The notes beneath the pieces were generated by a model. It did not search any database, was not told the origin of the DNA, and saw only the letters and a program-made list of their open reading frames with translations. A stretch of 62,230 nucleotides of DNA, the filler included, from Sphacelaria rigidula (lineage: Eukaryota), in the NCBI GenBank assembly GCA_964200075.2. It is 9 parts of 9 records of this genome, joined end to end, with 100 filler letters (N's around TTAATTAATTAA, not from the genome) between each part and the next. Parts side by side here need not be neighbours in the genome. Positions count along the whole stretch, not along the records: positions 34,631 to 41,455 come from CAXNAA020017891.1; positions 41,556 to 48,380 come from CAXNAA020017892.1; positions 48,481 to 55,305 come from CAXNAA020017893.1; 6 more parts are not named here. The stretch is one strand, 5' to 3'. Of this stretch, positions 38,801-49,421 are shown piece by piece. Both the position numbers and the translations under genes were made by a program. The first letter of the stretch is position 1. Every line of letters starts with the position of its first letter.

Positions 38801-41167
38801 TGATTGAGGGTTACTCCGGTAATAAGCTCGTTCGAACAACCGTTGCCGCTTTCAACGACGATTTGACTTGGAATTTCGTGCAAGAAGTGGCCCAAAATTC
38901 TCCCTCCATCGTAGGATGACTTTCAAATATGGCACCCTCTAGGGTTGGTCGAGGACATGAACATATTTCGGAAAGCACACACAGAGACGCACATGCACAT
39001 ACGCGCGCGCGCGCGCTTCATGACATCCTGGATTACGACACGTACTGCCATGATACAGTACTGCAGGCCGTAACATGGTGCCAAAAATAGCTGAAAATCT
39101 AGCACCGGGGACGGGAGTGTAGTCATGATACTGCACGCCATAATCATAAGACCGTTGATTCCCTATCCTTCTAAAGCCGAGACGGAGGACCCGGGGTTTC
39201 CGCCGGACCAGACTCGCCATCACCACGCGCGAAGTGCCCGTGGTGTTTTCAGCGAGTTGCATGGGGTGAGCTGCGTCCTGCCAAGGGTGTTTGACTCGAA
39301 GCGTACTAATTTTCTCGCTACTGGATGACAGCCTCGAATGAACTTCTTCACTTTTTTATACCGCCACTTTCAGAGACAGCTACGGGTTCCACACTGCCTA
39401 ATGGGTGTCTCACTATTTGAACACCGGGGAGGCGGTGTTACGCGAAGCGCCGGTGGTATGAAAACCTACATTATAATGTGTGGAGTAAATGAACCTTGAT
39501 GAAAGTCGACGGGCTATGGGAGTGCTGATGGTCATGATCCAGTGCTAGATATTGACGATACAATGCAGGACCCGTACTGGGGGGGGAGATGAGTTGAGAT
39601 GGATTTAGTGTTGCAATCGCGCCAAATGATGACGATACAAACACTTTTCAACCCCGGAGACTTTTCCAAGAAAATGCCTTCATCTTGTCGAGGGGATCTT
39701 CCAGAAGGCGTCACATGGTACACGCCAGCTCACCACTCGCCCTCACACTTCATGGCGTAGCTTCAGCCGTGTTGGTCTAATACGCGCAGCGAGGGTATTG
39801 GTGTGAAACTTTCATCATGCAGGAGCGTGCAGATACGTTGTATTGATTGTTGAGATCGATACCGTGCAGTGTGGTTTTGTGGATATAATTGATCAACTCT
39901 TCTGGAACCCACTGACGGCTCTTGTTGTTGTGAATCGGCATCATTTTGACTTGTTCAGTTGCCGATTGACAAGAACAGAAATCGTCAATGGGTTCCTAAA
40001 GGGTAAAAAAAAAATGTGCGAAATTTTCGATGTCTGAAGGGGTCTGTTTGCATCGCGTTCAGCTTCTTCCTTAGCACACGGAGATATGCTCCTTTCTGCT
40101 TTTTTTTTTTTTTTGTTCAGGGGTCTCACATATTTTCCCACAGGCTGTCCCTGCGCCCCTCCTATGATTATCACTGCTGCTTGGGAGTGGGCGCAAGCAG
40201 CATTGATGCAGAAGTGTTGGTAAGATATCGCCACCCCAGGGTGTAATCTTCCGTACTTGTATATTCGACCATTCTGTAACAACACGCATACGATGAAACA
40301 TGACGGTCATGTTCGGTTCTTTCATTCGGCCATTTCAGTCCAGCGCCCTTAGGGCAGTGAATGGCGGCTGTGCGTTTATTAGAAGGGCAGGTCGAGTAGA
40401 GTGTACTCAATCGCAGGGTATTTTGAAAGTCGTGCTTAGGGTTAGGGTTAGGGTTAGGGTATTAGGAATCACTTTCCAGTTATTTTTTGGGTACGGCTCC
40501 TGACACTCTACCCTATCTTGAGTACCTCGAGTACGTCTTTCAAAATACCCCGCAATTGAGTATACTCTACTCGACCTACCTTTGGTTTATTACCCCATGC
40601 TGTCCACGACAAAAAATAGCAAGAAGATATCTTATTTTTCGTGCGACTTACTCACCTCAAGCCCTGGCCGGGGGCCTGTTGTGTGTGTGTGCGTGTGTTT
40701 TGTCTAGGGACCAGCACTCGTTTTGCCTTTTTTTTTTTCAAGTTTTTTTTTTTCTCATCCTTCTTTTTTGTTGCCCCTTTTCTCGAGTTTTTTTTCAAGT
40801 TTACTTTTGTTCGATTGTGTCCCTTTACTTTTCGTTATGATAGGTACTATCATACGTTGAACGTGGTACCACCCACACTGCTGGGTTCGTTGTGAGCCGC
40901 GCAACGTGCAACAAGTATCAACCAATCATTTGTGCCAACGTCCCCGAAAATCTCCCGGGGGGGGGGGGGGGGGTGATGGTTATCGTGGGGATAACAGGAG
41001 ACGATACTGCTCCGTCAGCGGGGGAATATTCCCAGAATGTTCCTGTGGAAGGACGGAGCGCACCTGGATTGTTCCGAGGCGAGGAAAAAAAACCGGAGGA
41101 GGTGCTTCGCGTCGTGGCGAGGGGGATTGGGGCGGAATTCAAGACGTTGCAGTGGGCTTGTCGACAG
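35803..41167 (+). CDS. Partial multi-exon host gene, uncharacterised protein (possibly BPI/TULIP- or HAM1-like fold)
   Basis: Three phase-compatible AG/GT exons: 35803-36084 (EGQSLAGG...DSTVDFLLEYLPHIE), 37507-38188 (VPPISGTSTRVGYAITNLDLSGFRLRKEDVKVEL...polyQ) and 40998-41167 (DDTAP...EVLRVVARGIGAEFKTLQWACRQ). No stops. The fold call is a weak inference from the amphipathic beta pattern. Confidence 0.7.
37012..37090 (+). mobile_element. Short 3'-end copy of LINE family L (intronic)
   Basis: gatgcgtggtcaatggtcaaacgactaaggcaagaaacaaatgagtacg followed by poly(C). Confidence 0.7.
38612..38695 (-). mobile_element. Short 3'-end copy of LINE family L (intronic)
   Basis: Plus-strand ggggcgtactcatttgttgcttgccttagtcgtgtgaccattgaccacgcatcc, the reverse complement of the family terminus. 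Confidence 0.7.
39105..39425 (-). mobile_element. Truncated family S copy (intronic)
   Basis: Reverse complement of the family core. The translation LVRRKPRVLRLGF..QRSYDYG matches the other copies. Confidence 0.65.
40382..40584. mobile_element. MITE of TIR family H with internal (TTAGGG)4
   Basis: Same TIR. Perfect TSD GTTTATTA at 40374-40381 and 40585-40592. Interior is in the opposite orientation to the 7202 copy. Confidence 0.85.
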
Positions 41168-41555
41168 GTTTGTGTGTTCGTGTTTGTTTCGTTTTTTTTT
41201 CCGTTTTTCATTTTTCCATTTTTCCATTTTTTTTTTTTCCCCTATTTTTTTGTCGCTTTGTCGCACTTTGAACCCTTCCCCTTCCTCAGAACGAGTCTGT
41301 GGTCTCAAGGGATCAACCCATCTCTCCCCCGGTACACGCCTTGCATTTTGGTCTAGCGGGTTGGGTCAGCACTCCCGCACCGCGTCAACTCACGTCAAGC
41401 AAACTCAGTCCACTACTTTGTTTACTCGCGTTCTCACGCTTTCCGCGGTGGAAATNNNNNNNNNNNNNNNNNNNNNNNNNNNNNNNNNNNNNNNNNNNNT
41501 TAATTAATTAANNNNNNNNNNNNNNNNNNNNNNNNNNNNNNNNNNNNNNNNNNNN

Positions 41556-43735
41556 ATTTTGTCAACGGAGGGGGTGAGGTGGAGCAGGAATCATCATCAT
41601 CATCATCATCATCATCAACGCCAACATCAGCGCAGACACCGATACCTACGCCGACGCAGACACCAGCGCAGACGCCGACACCTACGCCGACGCCGACACC
41701 TACGCCGAGGCTCACACCGGCATCGGACACTGCCTCGTCGCCCGCACTGTGACCCGTTTCCACGGGTCCCTCGCAAGATGGCGGGGGGGGGGGCGGCGAT
41801 GCTCCTCAACTCCCGAGGACCGAGCAACGCCGTCATGCGTGGGCTGACCGGTTACCAACACCTAGGGCGGGGCGTACGAGGAGCCAAACGCGCGAGGCAA
41901 TGGGGTCGGTACACGCACGAGACGAAACGCTGGCGGCTGGCGGAGCGGAGGAGAGCAAAAAAGAAGCGGAGATGGCGCTGGCGGGAATGGCGGAGGACAA
42001 ATGCTCGACCATGGAGATGATCACCGCAGCAGTAGGAGAGGTGGCTGGACAAGACGCAATCGCTTCGACTCAACACGAGTTAGCTGTAAACGAGTTTTTT
42101 TGTTTTGGTGCTAAGGAAAACAGGGTAGGGCAGCCTGAATTCGGTTTGCCTACACCGGTTGACCTACACGTGAGCAAAACAGGGGCAGCACCAACCATTA
42201 TGGATGACATTGCCAAGTCAGAATTTCGAGAGGCATGGTTAGGCGCGATGCAGGCCGAGCTAGGATGTCACGAAAAGGCTGGAACATTTTCGACTGGCCC
42301 TGTACCGGAAGTAGCAAACGTGATCTCAGCGAAGTGGGTCTTTAGTTGGAAAACCGACGCAGATGGTACTATAACGAAGGCAAAGGCAAGGTTGGTAGCG
42401 CGAGGATTTGGACAACGTTTTGCAATCGACTATTTCGAGACTTTCGCGGCAACGCCCTCCATGGCCTCCATCAAACTGGTCATGGCGGTGGCAGTTCAGG
42501 AAGAGTGGCCGCTGTACCATTTTGATGTGACACAGGCTTTTGTTCAAGCAGAAATGGATACTGAAGTGTACATGAGATTGCCTGAAGGATGCTCCTTTTT
42601 GACAGACGTGACCGTGAAGCTTGAAAAATCTATTTCCGGGATCAAGCAAGCGGGCAGGCAGTGGTTTCGTCTTCTGTGCCAAACTTTGCTGAAGGATGTC
42701 GGGATGGTGCAGTGTGAAGCTGACCCATGTGTATTCAAGATGGAGGATGCAGGACAAGTACGTGTGATTTTAGTTGTCCATGTAGACGACATCCTCATCA
42801 GTGGTTCTGAGGAATACGTAGGAACGGTGGGCCAAATCATCAACAAAAAGTTCCCCACGAAAACTCTCGGAGAGGTCACCTGGTACTTGGGGTGCGCAGT
42901 GGATAGAGACTGGGATAGAGTCACGCTGTCTGTGACGCAAACCACGTTCACGGACACGCTCCTAAAGCGTTTTGAGGTGAGGGGGTACTCAGAACTCCCT
43001 AACTCTGTTCCTGCAAATTTAGGGCCGACAACGAGCGAAGACAAAAAGGTGAATCGCCCATACCGTAACGCAGTGGGGGGTTGATGCGGCTGGCAACAAT
43101 CACCAGACCCGACATCGCGAATTCGGTACGAGCGATTGCTCGCCAGTCGCATGACCCATGCAAGAGGCACTGGGAAGCTGTTATGAAGGTTCTGAAGTAT
43201 CTGAATGAGACGAAGAAGTGAGGACTTACGTTCAAGAAAGCTCATGATGGGCTCTCGGTCTACTGCGATGCAGATTACGCCATGAAGGAAACGGATAAGC
43301 GTTCGGTTTCAGGGGTAGCCGTGATGTACGGTGGTGTGGTAGTGTCGGCAACGAGCCGCATGCAACACTGCGCAACTCTGTCAACTACGGAGGCAGAGTA
43401 TGTTGCAATGGTCGAGGGGGTAAAGGAGGGATTGTTGGTGAAGGCAGTGTTGGTGTTCTTGCGAGCGCAGACTGTGTCGGGAAGCGGGGAAAATAAAAGG
43501 AATTATTTTGTACGAGGACAACGAGGGAGCAAAAGCTCTGGCCGAAAATCCTCTCAGTTCCGAAAAGAGTTAGCACATTGACGTGAGATATCACTTCATT
43601 CGAGAGCTGGTGGGGACGGGAAAGATCAGGGTTGTACATGTAGGCTCAGGATGGTAGCATGCAGGTATTTTGACGAAGCCTCTTTCGATCAGCCTATTTA
43701 CGAGGAACATACGTTCTTTTATAAACTTGGAAAGT
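41556..43735 (+). mobile_element. Ty1/Copia LTR retrotransposon pol (linker, RT, RNase H), pseudogenised
   Basis: Motifs WLGAMQAEL, KWVFSWKTD..KAKARLVARGFGQ, FDVTQAFVQA, GIKQAGRQW, HVDD, YRNAVG, TRPDIA, YCDADYA, LSTTEAEYVA, YEDNEGA, HIDVRYHFIRE. Frameshift in a G-run near 43080, plus further stops and a frameshift. The linker encodes S- and TP-rich repeats (41590-41710). Confidence 0.95.
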
Positions 43736-44025
43736 GACAAGTATGTACGTTTGTTTTGTGTGTACCATTGTGCTCGTGCTGGGTATTATTAGATGTTCAA
43801 GTGATGCATTTATGCGCATTTTGGGTCAAGCCACCCACGCTACTCTGAGGGGCATGGGTTTTGTAGGGCGTTTCCTGACATGTCGTGTATCTGCCTTGAC
43901 CGCCGTCCGTGGATTATCAAGGTGGTACACAAGCTGTTGAGGGGAGGAGGTTTTTGCCCGGATGGCCGGATTTTCCTCTTGAAAACAAAATTGAGAGAGA
44001 AAAAGCCACGACGACTGATGTACCG

Positions 44026-44270
44026 GTTCAGAGGGGGTGTGCATGTGAACAGGTACACTGAGTGAACATGCACATGTGCGGATAGATTAATGCGGGCGTG
44101 CGGGTACGGTTAGTCCCGTGTGTGTGACTACAGTACCACCCAGGCTGGCAACCACGCTACCACCTGGGAACACTCAACATCTATTCCCTCAGTCATAGGG
44201 TCGACTCAGTTTAGGCACTCTCCACTAATACAAAAGATATAACTATGTACCCTTCGCCACGGGCCACGGA
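44026..44270 (+). mobile_element. Possible polypurine tract and 3' LTR of the Copia element
   Basis: AGAGGGGG is followed directly by TGTG at about 44038, downstream of RNase H. No second LTR is present in this contig to confirm it. Confidence 0.3.
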
Positions 44271-44271
44271 C

Positions 44272-45043
44272 TAGAATCGAACAGTTTATCAATTGAACCA
44301 GTGAGCGCTCACTGGTACAATGGGCAAACTGTTCGCTTCCTGAACAAACGATATGCGGTTCGAATCCCGGCATGATCGATTGTGGAAGAAACGAGTTTGA
44401 CATGTGGGCAGTAAGGCTTGCGAGGGGCACGAGGCCCCGGAGATCCCTGATGTGCCATGCCGGGATGGACCACGAAACATATCTTTTGTTCAGGAACCGA
44501 ACAGTTTATCCATCGAACAAGTGAGCGCTCACTAGTTCGATGGATAAACTGTTCGGTTCCTGAACACAAGATGCCCGGTTCGACCCCGGCGGGCATGATC
44601 ATTTGTGGAAGAAACGAGTTTGACATGTGAACAGTGAGGCTTGCGAGGGGCACGAGGCCCCGGAGATCTCTGATGTGTCATGCCGGGATGGACCACGCAA
44701 CATATATTTTGTTCAGGAACCGAACAGTTTGTCCATCGAACAAGTGAGCGATGCCGGGATGGACCACGCAACATATCTTTTGTTCAAGAAGCGAACAGCT
44801 TATCCATCGAACCAGTGAGCGCTCACTCGTTCGATGGATAAACTGTTCGGTTCCTGAACAAAATATATGTTGCGTGGTCCATCCCGGCATGACACATCAG
44901 GGATCTCCGGGGCCTCGTGCCCCTCGCAAGCCTCACTGTTCACATGTCAAACTCGTTCCTTCCACAAATGATCATGCCCGCCGGGGTCGAACCGGGCATC
45001 TTGTGTTCAGGAACCGAACAGTTTATCCATTGAACCAGTGAGC
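44272..45043. repeat. Array of ~220-bp units with tRNA-like termini joined at AGCGCT hairpins (family T2)
   Basis: Units at about 44307-44526 and 44527-44750, a partial unit at 44751-44820, and an inverted unit at 44821-45043. Junction palindromes at 44304-44309, 44524-44529 and 44818-44823. Confidence 0.8.
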
Positions 45044-45044
45044 G

Positions 45045-45240
45045 GGAGTTAAGACTGGTGTCCGTGATGATCCAGACCAGAAGCTGCTCGAGATGGAGGA
45101 AATTGCACGTAACCTGAATTCATACGAGGAGCATGAACGATTAAGCGAAAACCATATTCTCTTGAAATTCCTCAACGCGTTGCCTTTCGAGTATCACATC
45201 CAGAAGCAACTACTCGAGGATCGAGAGGGACCGTTGACAC
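45045..45240 (+). mobile_element. Copia-type gag fragment
   Basis: DDPDQKLLEMEEIARNLNSYEEHERLSENHILLKFLNALPFEYHIQKQLLE fits the Copia gag (UBN2-like) pattern with L..LP.EY. Confidence 0.6.
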
Positions 45241-47915
45241 ACAACCTGCGGCCAATCACTGCGGGAAACAAAGTCCACATCAAGCCACGTCACATCAGCT
45301 TCCGCTATGAACGTTTTAGCGTCCACTCTGAAGTTTCAACGCTTCTACTCTGCACTCTGACTCCATGATCAGAAACAAAATCTTCCGAAACTCTTTAATG
45401 CCGGGATATTATCTCGGAGTAATGTTTTGAGGAAAAGTGATCCGACTCATCAGTTGCCTGACCCTTTGGCTGCGAGATTTTACTCTGGCTAATGAATCGG
45501 CATCACTCTTGCTTGAAACAATGTCGTGTCCCAGAGCCAGGAAACAAACCACGAACGTTGGGAGTGTTTCATGCTGAAAGTTCCGGTATTGTTTCCTGTA
45601 AATTACTCCTTATATATACCGGAGTCTCAGGTTTGATATGCCTCTGTTGTGTATGAGCTAATCACCTCTCAGGGTATGTACTATTTTGTGGCAGTCCGCC
45701 GCAAAAAGGGTGAATGGCTACCAGCTGCCCACGGAAAAATATTCGTCTGTGGCTCTTAGCTGTCCACGCGAAAACATGTTTTTGTAGCTCTCTGTCCCTC
45801 TCTAGACCACCCGCTCACCACCCCCTCTCTCCACCGCATAACGAAGGAGCGAGGCGACCGTTGTATACAAAGAAGACATATTGATCAAGATTTCACAAAA
45901 GGTTGAAAAACGACGCATCTTTTTCGTAAAACTAGTCGGTCGACCGCCAGTGGCGAGTACTGAATGGTGGTGACAAGGTCACACGATGGGTGCAGTTGTT
46001 AGACCTCGCAAGGGTCGAGGAACACCTGTGCCGTCTCGCCGCGTCGATGGGTTGCGGCAACATCCCGTCTACCTGAGGGCGTCAAGACAACAATCGCCAA
46101 CATCGATGTTCTGCAGGGAAATCGGCTCTGCAAAGTCCCGCTAACCCCAAAGGCCATGCGATATTTCAAATGGTGTACGCTTTGAAAAGGTCCAGACGCT
46201 ATGGATGCCGGAGTCCGTGCGGATAGGGAAAAGCTTGCATGAAAGGAAGCCGCAGAAGTTCTCGTCCGTGGCCACGAAGAGTTGTCGAAAGAGTTTGATA
46301 CATCTATTGGCCGGAAAATATGGTGACAGGAGAGGCGACCCAGTAAAAATACTTTCTGATACCCATCTGGCCAGCGGTGCGGTGTCGCCCATACTCTTCA
46401 CAGTACGTAACATATCTTGGCTGAACCGTACGACGGCAGAAAACGCGGGTTGATATGCGCCTTGTGGTACCCCTCTGGTCACTGGTGCTGTGTTGCTTAA
46501 ATATCAATACTTGATATTGAAGACAGTGCGAATATTGGCCTATCAATATATATTATGCTCAGATGCCTTCGGAGATATTGAAGCGGCAATATATATTCCT
46601 CGTGTCATGATCACAAAGTAATGCATGGCAATATATATTGGACACGTTTTTTCTCCGGGAACACAACATTCAATTTATATTGTGCATGTCGGCCGTGTAT
46701 ATATTCAAGTGTCAATATATATGGAGTCGAAGCGATGCACAGCATATTATTGTCACAATATGTATTGAGCAAAAAAACATGCAAGAGTTGTCTTTCCAAT
46801 ATGTATTGCACTCGCTCATTAGAGAGTTTCGGAAAACGTTTTTTCAAATCTTAGTCAGAGTGGAAGGAAAAGTAGCCGGTAAGGATGCACTTTCCGCTAT
46901 GAGGTTGTTTTCAGATAGATTTTTTCAGAATCAGAGTGCCGTTCGCACCACTTCACTCTGAAAACCACTGTTCCTCTTCAGAGCTCATAGCGGAATGAAG
47001 AAGAACCACACCTACCTTCACCGCCATGGTCACGTCCAGTCCAAAGTCAACACACCCTAACCAGCAAAGTGGGACATCCATCATCCATCAAAACTGCCAT
47101 ACGCATCACAATGGGCCATTCACGAAGTAGAAAAGCTTGGCATGGCAATCAGAAGACCTCCCTGATGCCGCCATGGTATCAGCATTCGCTTGGTTGTGTT
47201 GCGTGAATATTCAAATGCTCGACGGGCACACGTTGACTTGGGTGCAGTTCCTCACTATTGCCAGCCTCAGTTGGAAGAAGACGGTGGGAACGATTCGTAG
47301 TCTACAACGCACAAGCAGTACTACACCTGGCTACATTGCCATTTCGTTAGAGTTCATAACTTCTTGGACCACACTCATCGGTGGCATGTTGGGAAATCAT
47401 CACGATGCGGCCTTGTCTATTGTTTGAAAGTGCTGCCTACTACTGTACTGTTGTGCTGCTGTATTACTGTACAACTGACTGTCTGTACGGCATCGCTGTA
47501 GTTCACCGTACCGCGATGTATTGTTGTAGGGTTTTGCATTGCACTCTCTATACTGCACTGGCTGTACTCTACACTGAACAACCCCGACAGAACTACAGTA
47601 CCCTGTGGTGCACCGTGGTGGATCGAAGTACTACAGGTGCAATGAAGCGTGGTGTACGGCACGTACGGTGCCGCAGGGTATGGAACAGCAAATGCTGTGT
47701 TGACTGGTGCATTTTCGGACTGCACCTGACCGCACGCTGAGCGATCGCACATTTATTTGGCGGCACAATCTGCGGCCAATCACGGGGGGGAATTTTTTTT
47801 CACATCAAGCGACGTCACATCAGCTTCCGCTATGAACGTTTTAGCGTCCACTCTGAAGTTTCGACGCTTCCACTCTGCACTCTGACTCTATGATCAGAAA
47901 CAAAATCTTCCGAAA
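45239..47915 (+). repeat. ~155-bp direct repeat pair (45239-45392 and 47764-47915)
   Basis: cacatcaagc.acgtcacatcagcttccgctatgaacgttttagcgtccactctgaagtttc...gatcagaaacaaaatcttccgaaa is near-identical in both copies. Confidence 0.8.
46190..46815 (+). repeat. Second copy of the same core followed by AATATATATT repeats
   Basis: Homologous to 8520-8830. Here the minisatellite lies on the 3' side (46520-46810). Confidence 0.7.
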
Positions 47916-48067
47916 ATCTCTATTGCATAGCTATTGTGCAGCCAATGTATATATTGGACACGCTCGCGGAGGACCATATTGAGCGTTTTCGACATCTGGT
48001 TATGTATCTTTCAATAGCGACAAAGTTCAGGCTCACGCGAATCGTACTGCCGCAAGGGCGGAGGCTC

Positions 48068-48380
48068 GATCCAAAGAGCTGGTGGTGGCCACGTGGAATG
48101 TACGCACCATGGCTGAGAGAGGTTCCAATGGCACAGGCCACACAGAGAACCTACTGCTTTTTGCATCCAAGTACAACTGTGATTTGGTCGCCCTCCAAGA
48201 AACGCGTCGCGATGGACGAACAACCTTCCACGCACCGACAGCGGGTTACGTAATTCACTGCAGCGGCCACTGCCATGGAGATGGGGGGAAACCGGGAATG
48301 CTCGGAGTCGGCCTTGCCATCAAGGAGTCTATTGCCCACACACTGGGTCCAGATGCCATCACTCCCGAACACGTGAGTGC
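48068..48380 (+). mobile_element. LINE (RTE-like) APE endonuclease N-terminus, truncated by the contig end
   Basis: VATWNVRTM...CDLVALQETRR...GYVIHCSG...GVGLAIKESI are canonical APE domain I/II motifs. Confidence 0.88.
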
Positions 48381-49421
48381 NNNNNNNNNNNNNNNNNNNN
48401 NNNNNNNNNNNNNNNNNNNNNNNNTTAATTAATTAANNNNNNNNNNNNNNNNNNNNNNNNNNNNNNNNNNNNNNNNNNNNCGGGTTCGCGAGATCGGACT
48501 AATGTGCGGAAATAATAATAAAATAATAAATAATAGGGATACAGTCGAACCATTTCCCCACCACTTTTCAGTAATCCCACTCCGATTTTCCTCATTCCGA
48601 ATGCAACAGACTACCTTTTTCACTGCACAACTGCTTCGCACATCAAACGTCACTACTGTAGCTCGTTATCCCCTCGTAACACTCGATACAATGGTTATAA
48701 GATGCTCCAAATACCTCCTCTACACTACTGCCCTGATCATCCCCCACCCCCGGATGATGACCTAGTCGCGCTCCTGTTAACAACCAACAATAGCCGTCTC
48801 AACATGACGTTTTCCTACACAGCAGCACAACAATAAGTACAGGTCACTGAACGAGAAAAATGCACGTACGGCACTGCACTCGCGCAACGGTGGAATGAAC
48901 ATCTCCGTGCCCAGCACTGCTGTTGCTTCTCCTCTTCCTCCTTATTCTCATAAAGTCCATGAAGATACAGCACTACGGTGCTGAGACCATTCACCCCGCC
49001 TCAACACTCCCGAACCGCCCGTTGAGCCACCAGAACAAGCTTAGGACGCATCCCTTCTCAACCACAACCACAGCATGCCTGCGGAGCTGTTCTCTCAAAA
49101 GCTCTCACAGGTATCGCACAGCTACAAGGTTTACATCGAGAAATCATGTCCACCACCAGCATGACGTGGAGCGCCGTGTCTCAACCCCCATCAACCCCAC
49201 TTCCCAAAGAACGCGAACAAGCCAGGAAATACCGTTTTAGTGGTATATAGTATTAACTTACGAACAAATCAGAGTCACCAGGCACACGTGAACGGGTGAG
49301 TCGAGTGGACACAAGCGTTGGCACTGTAAAACCGCAAGATTTGGAATAGAAGGTCAAAAATGCTCGTCAACAAGAGACCACAGTACAACACAGTATCTCC
49401 CCCGTCCCCCCTAACCCAGCT

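Noticed and set aside
42326-43245. Minus-strand ORFs of 143 and 233 aa
   Set aside because: Antisense shadows of the Copia RT.
44527-44600. Functional tRNA-Arg gene
   Set aside because: Acceptor and anticodon stems do not pair properly and the sequence is part of a repeat unit. Treated as tRNA-derived only.
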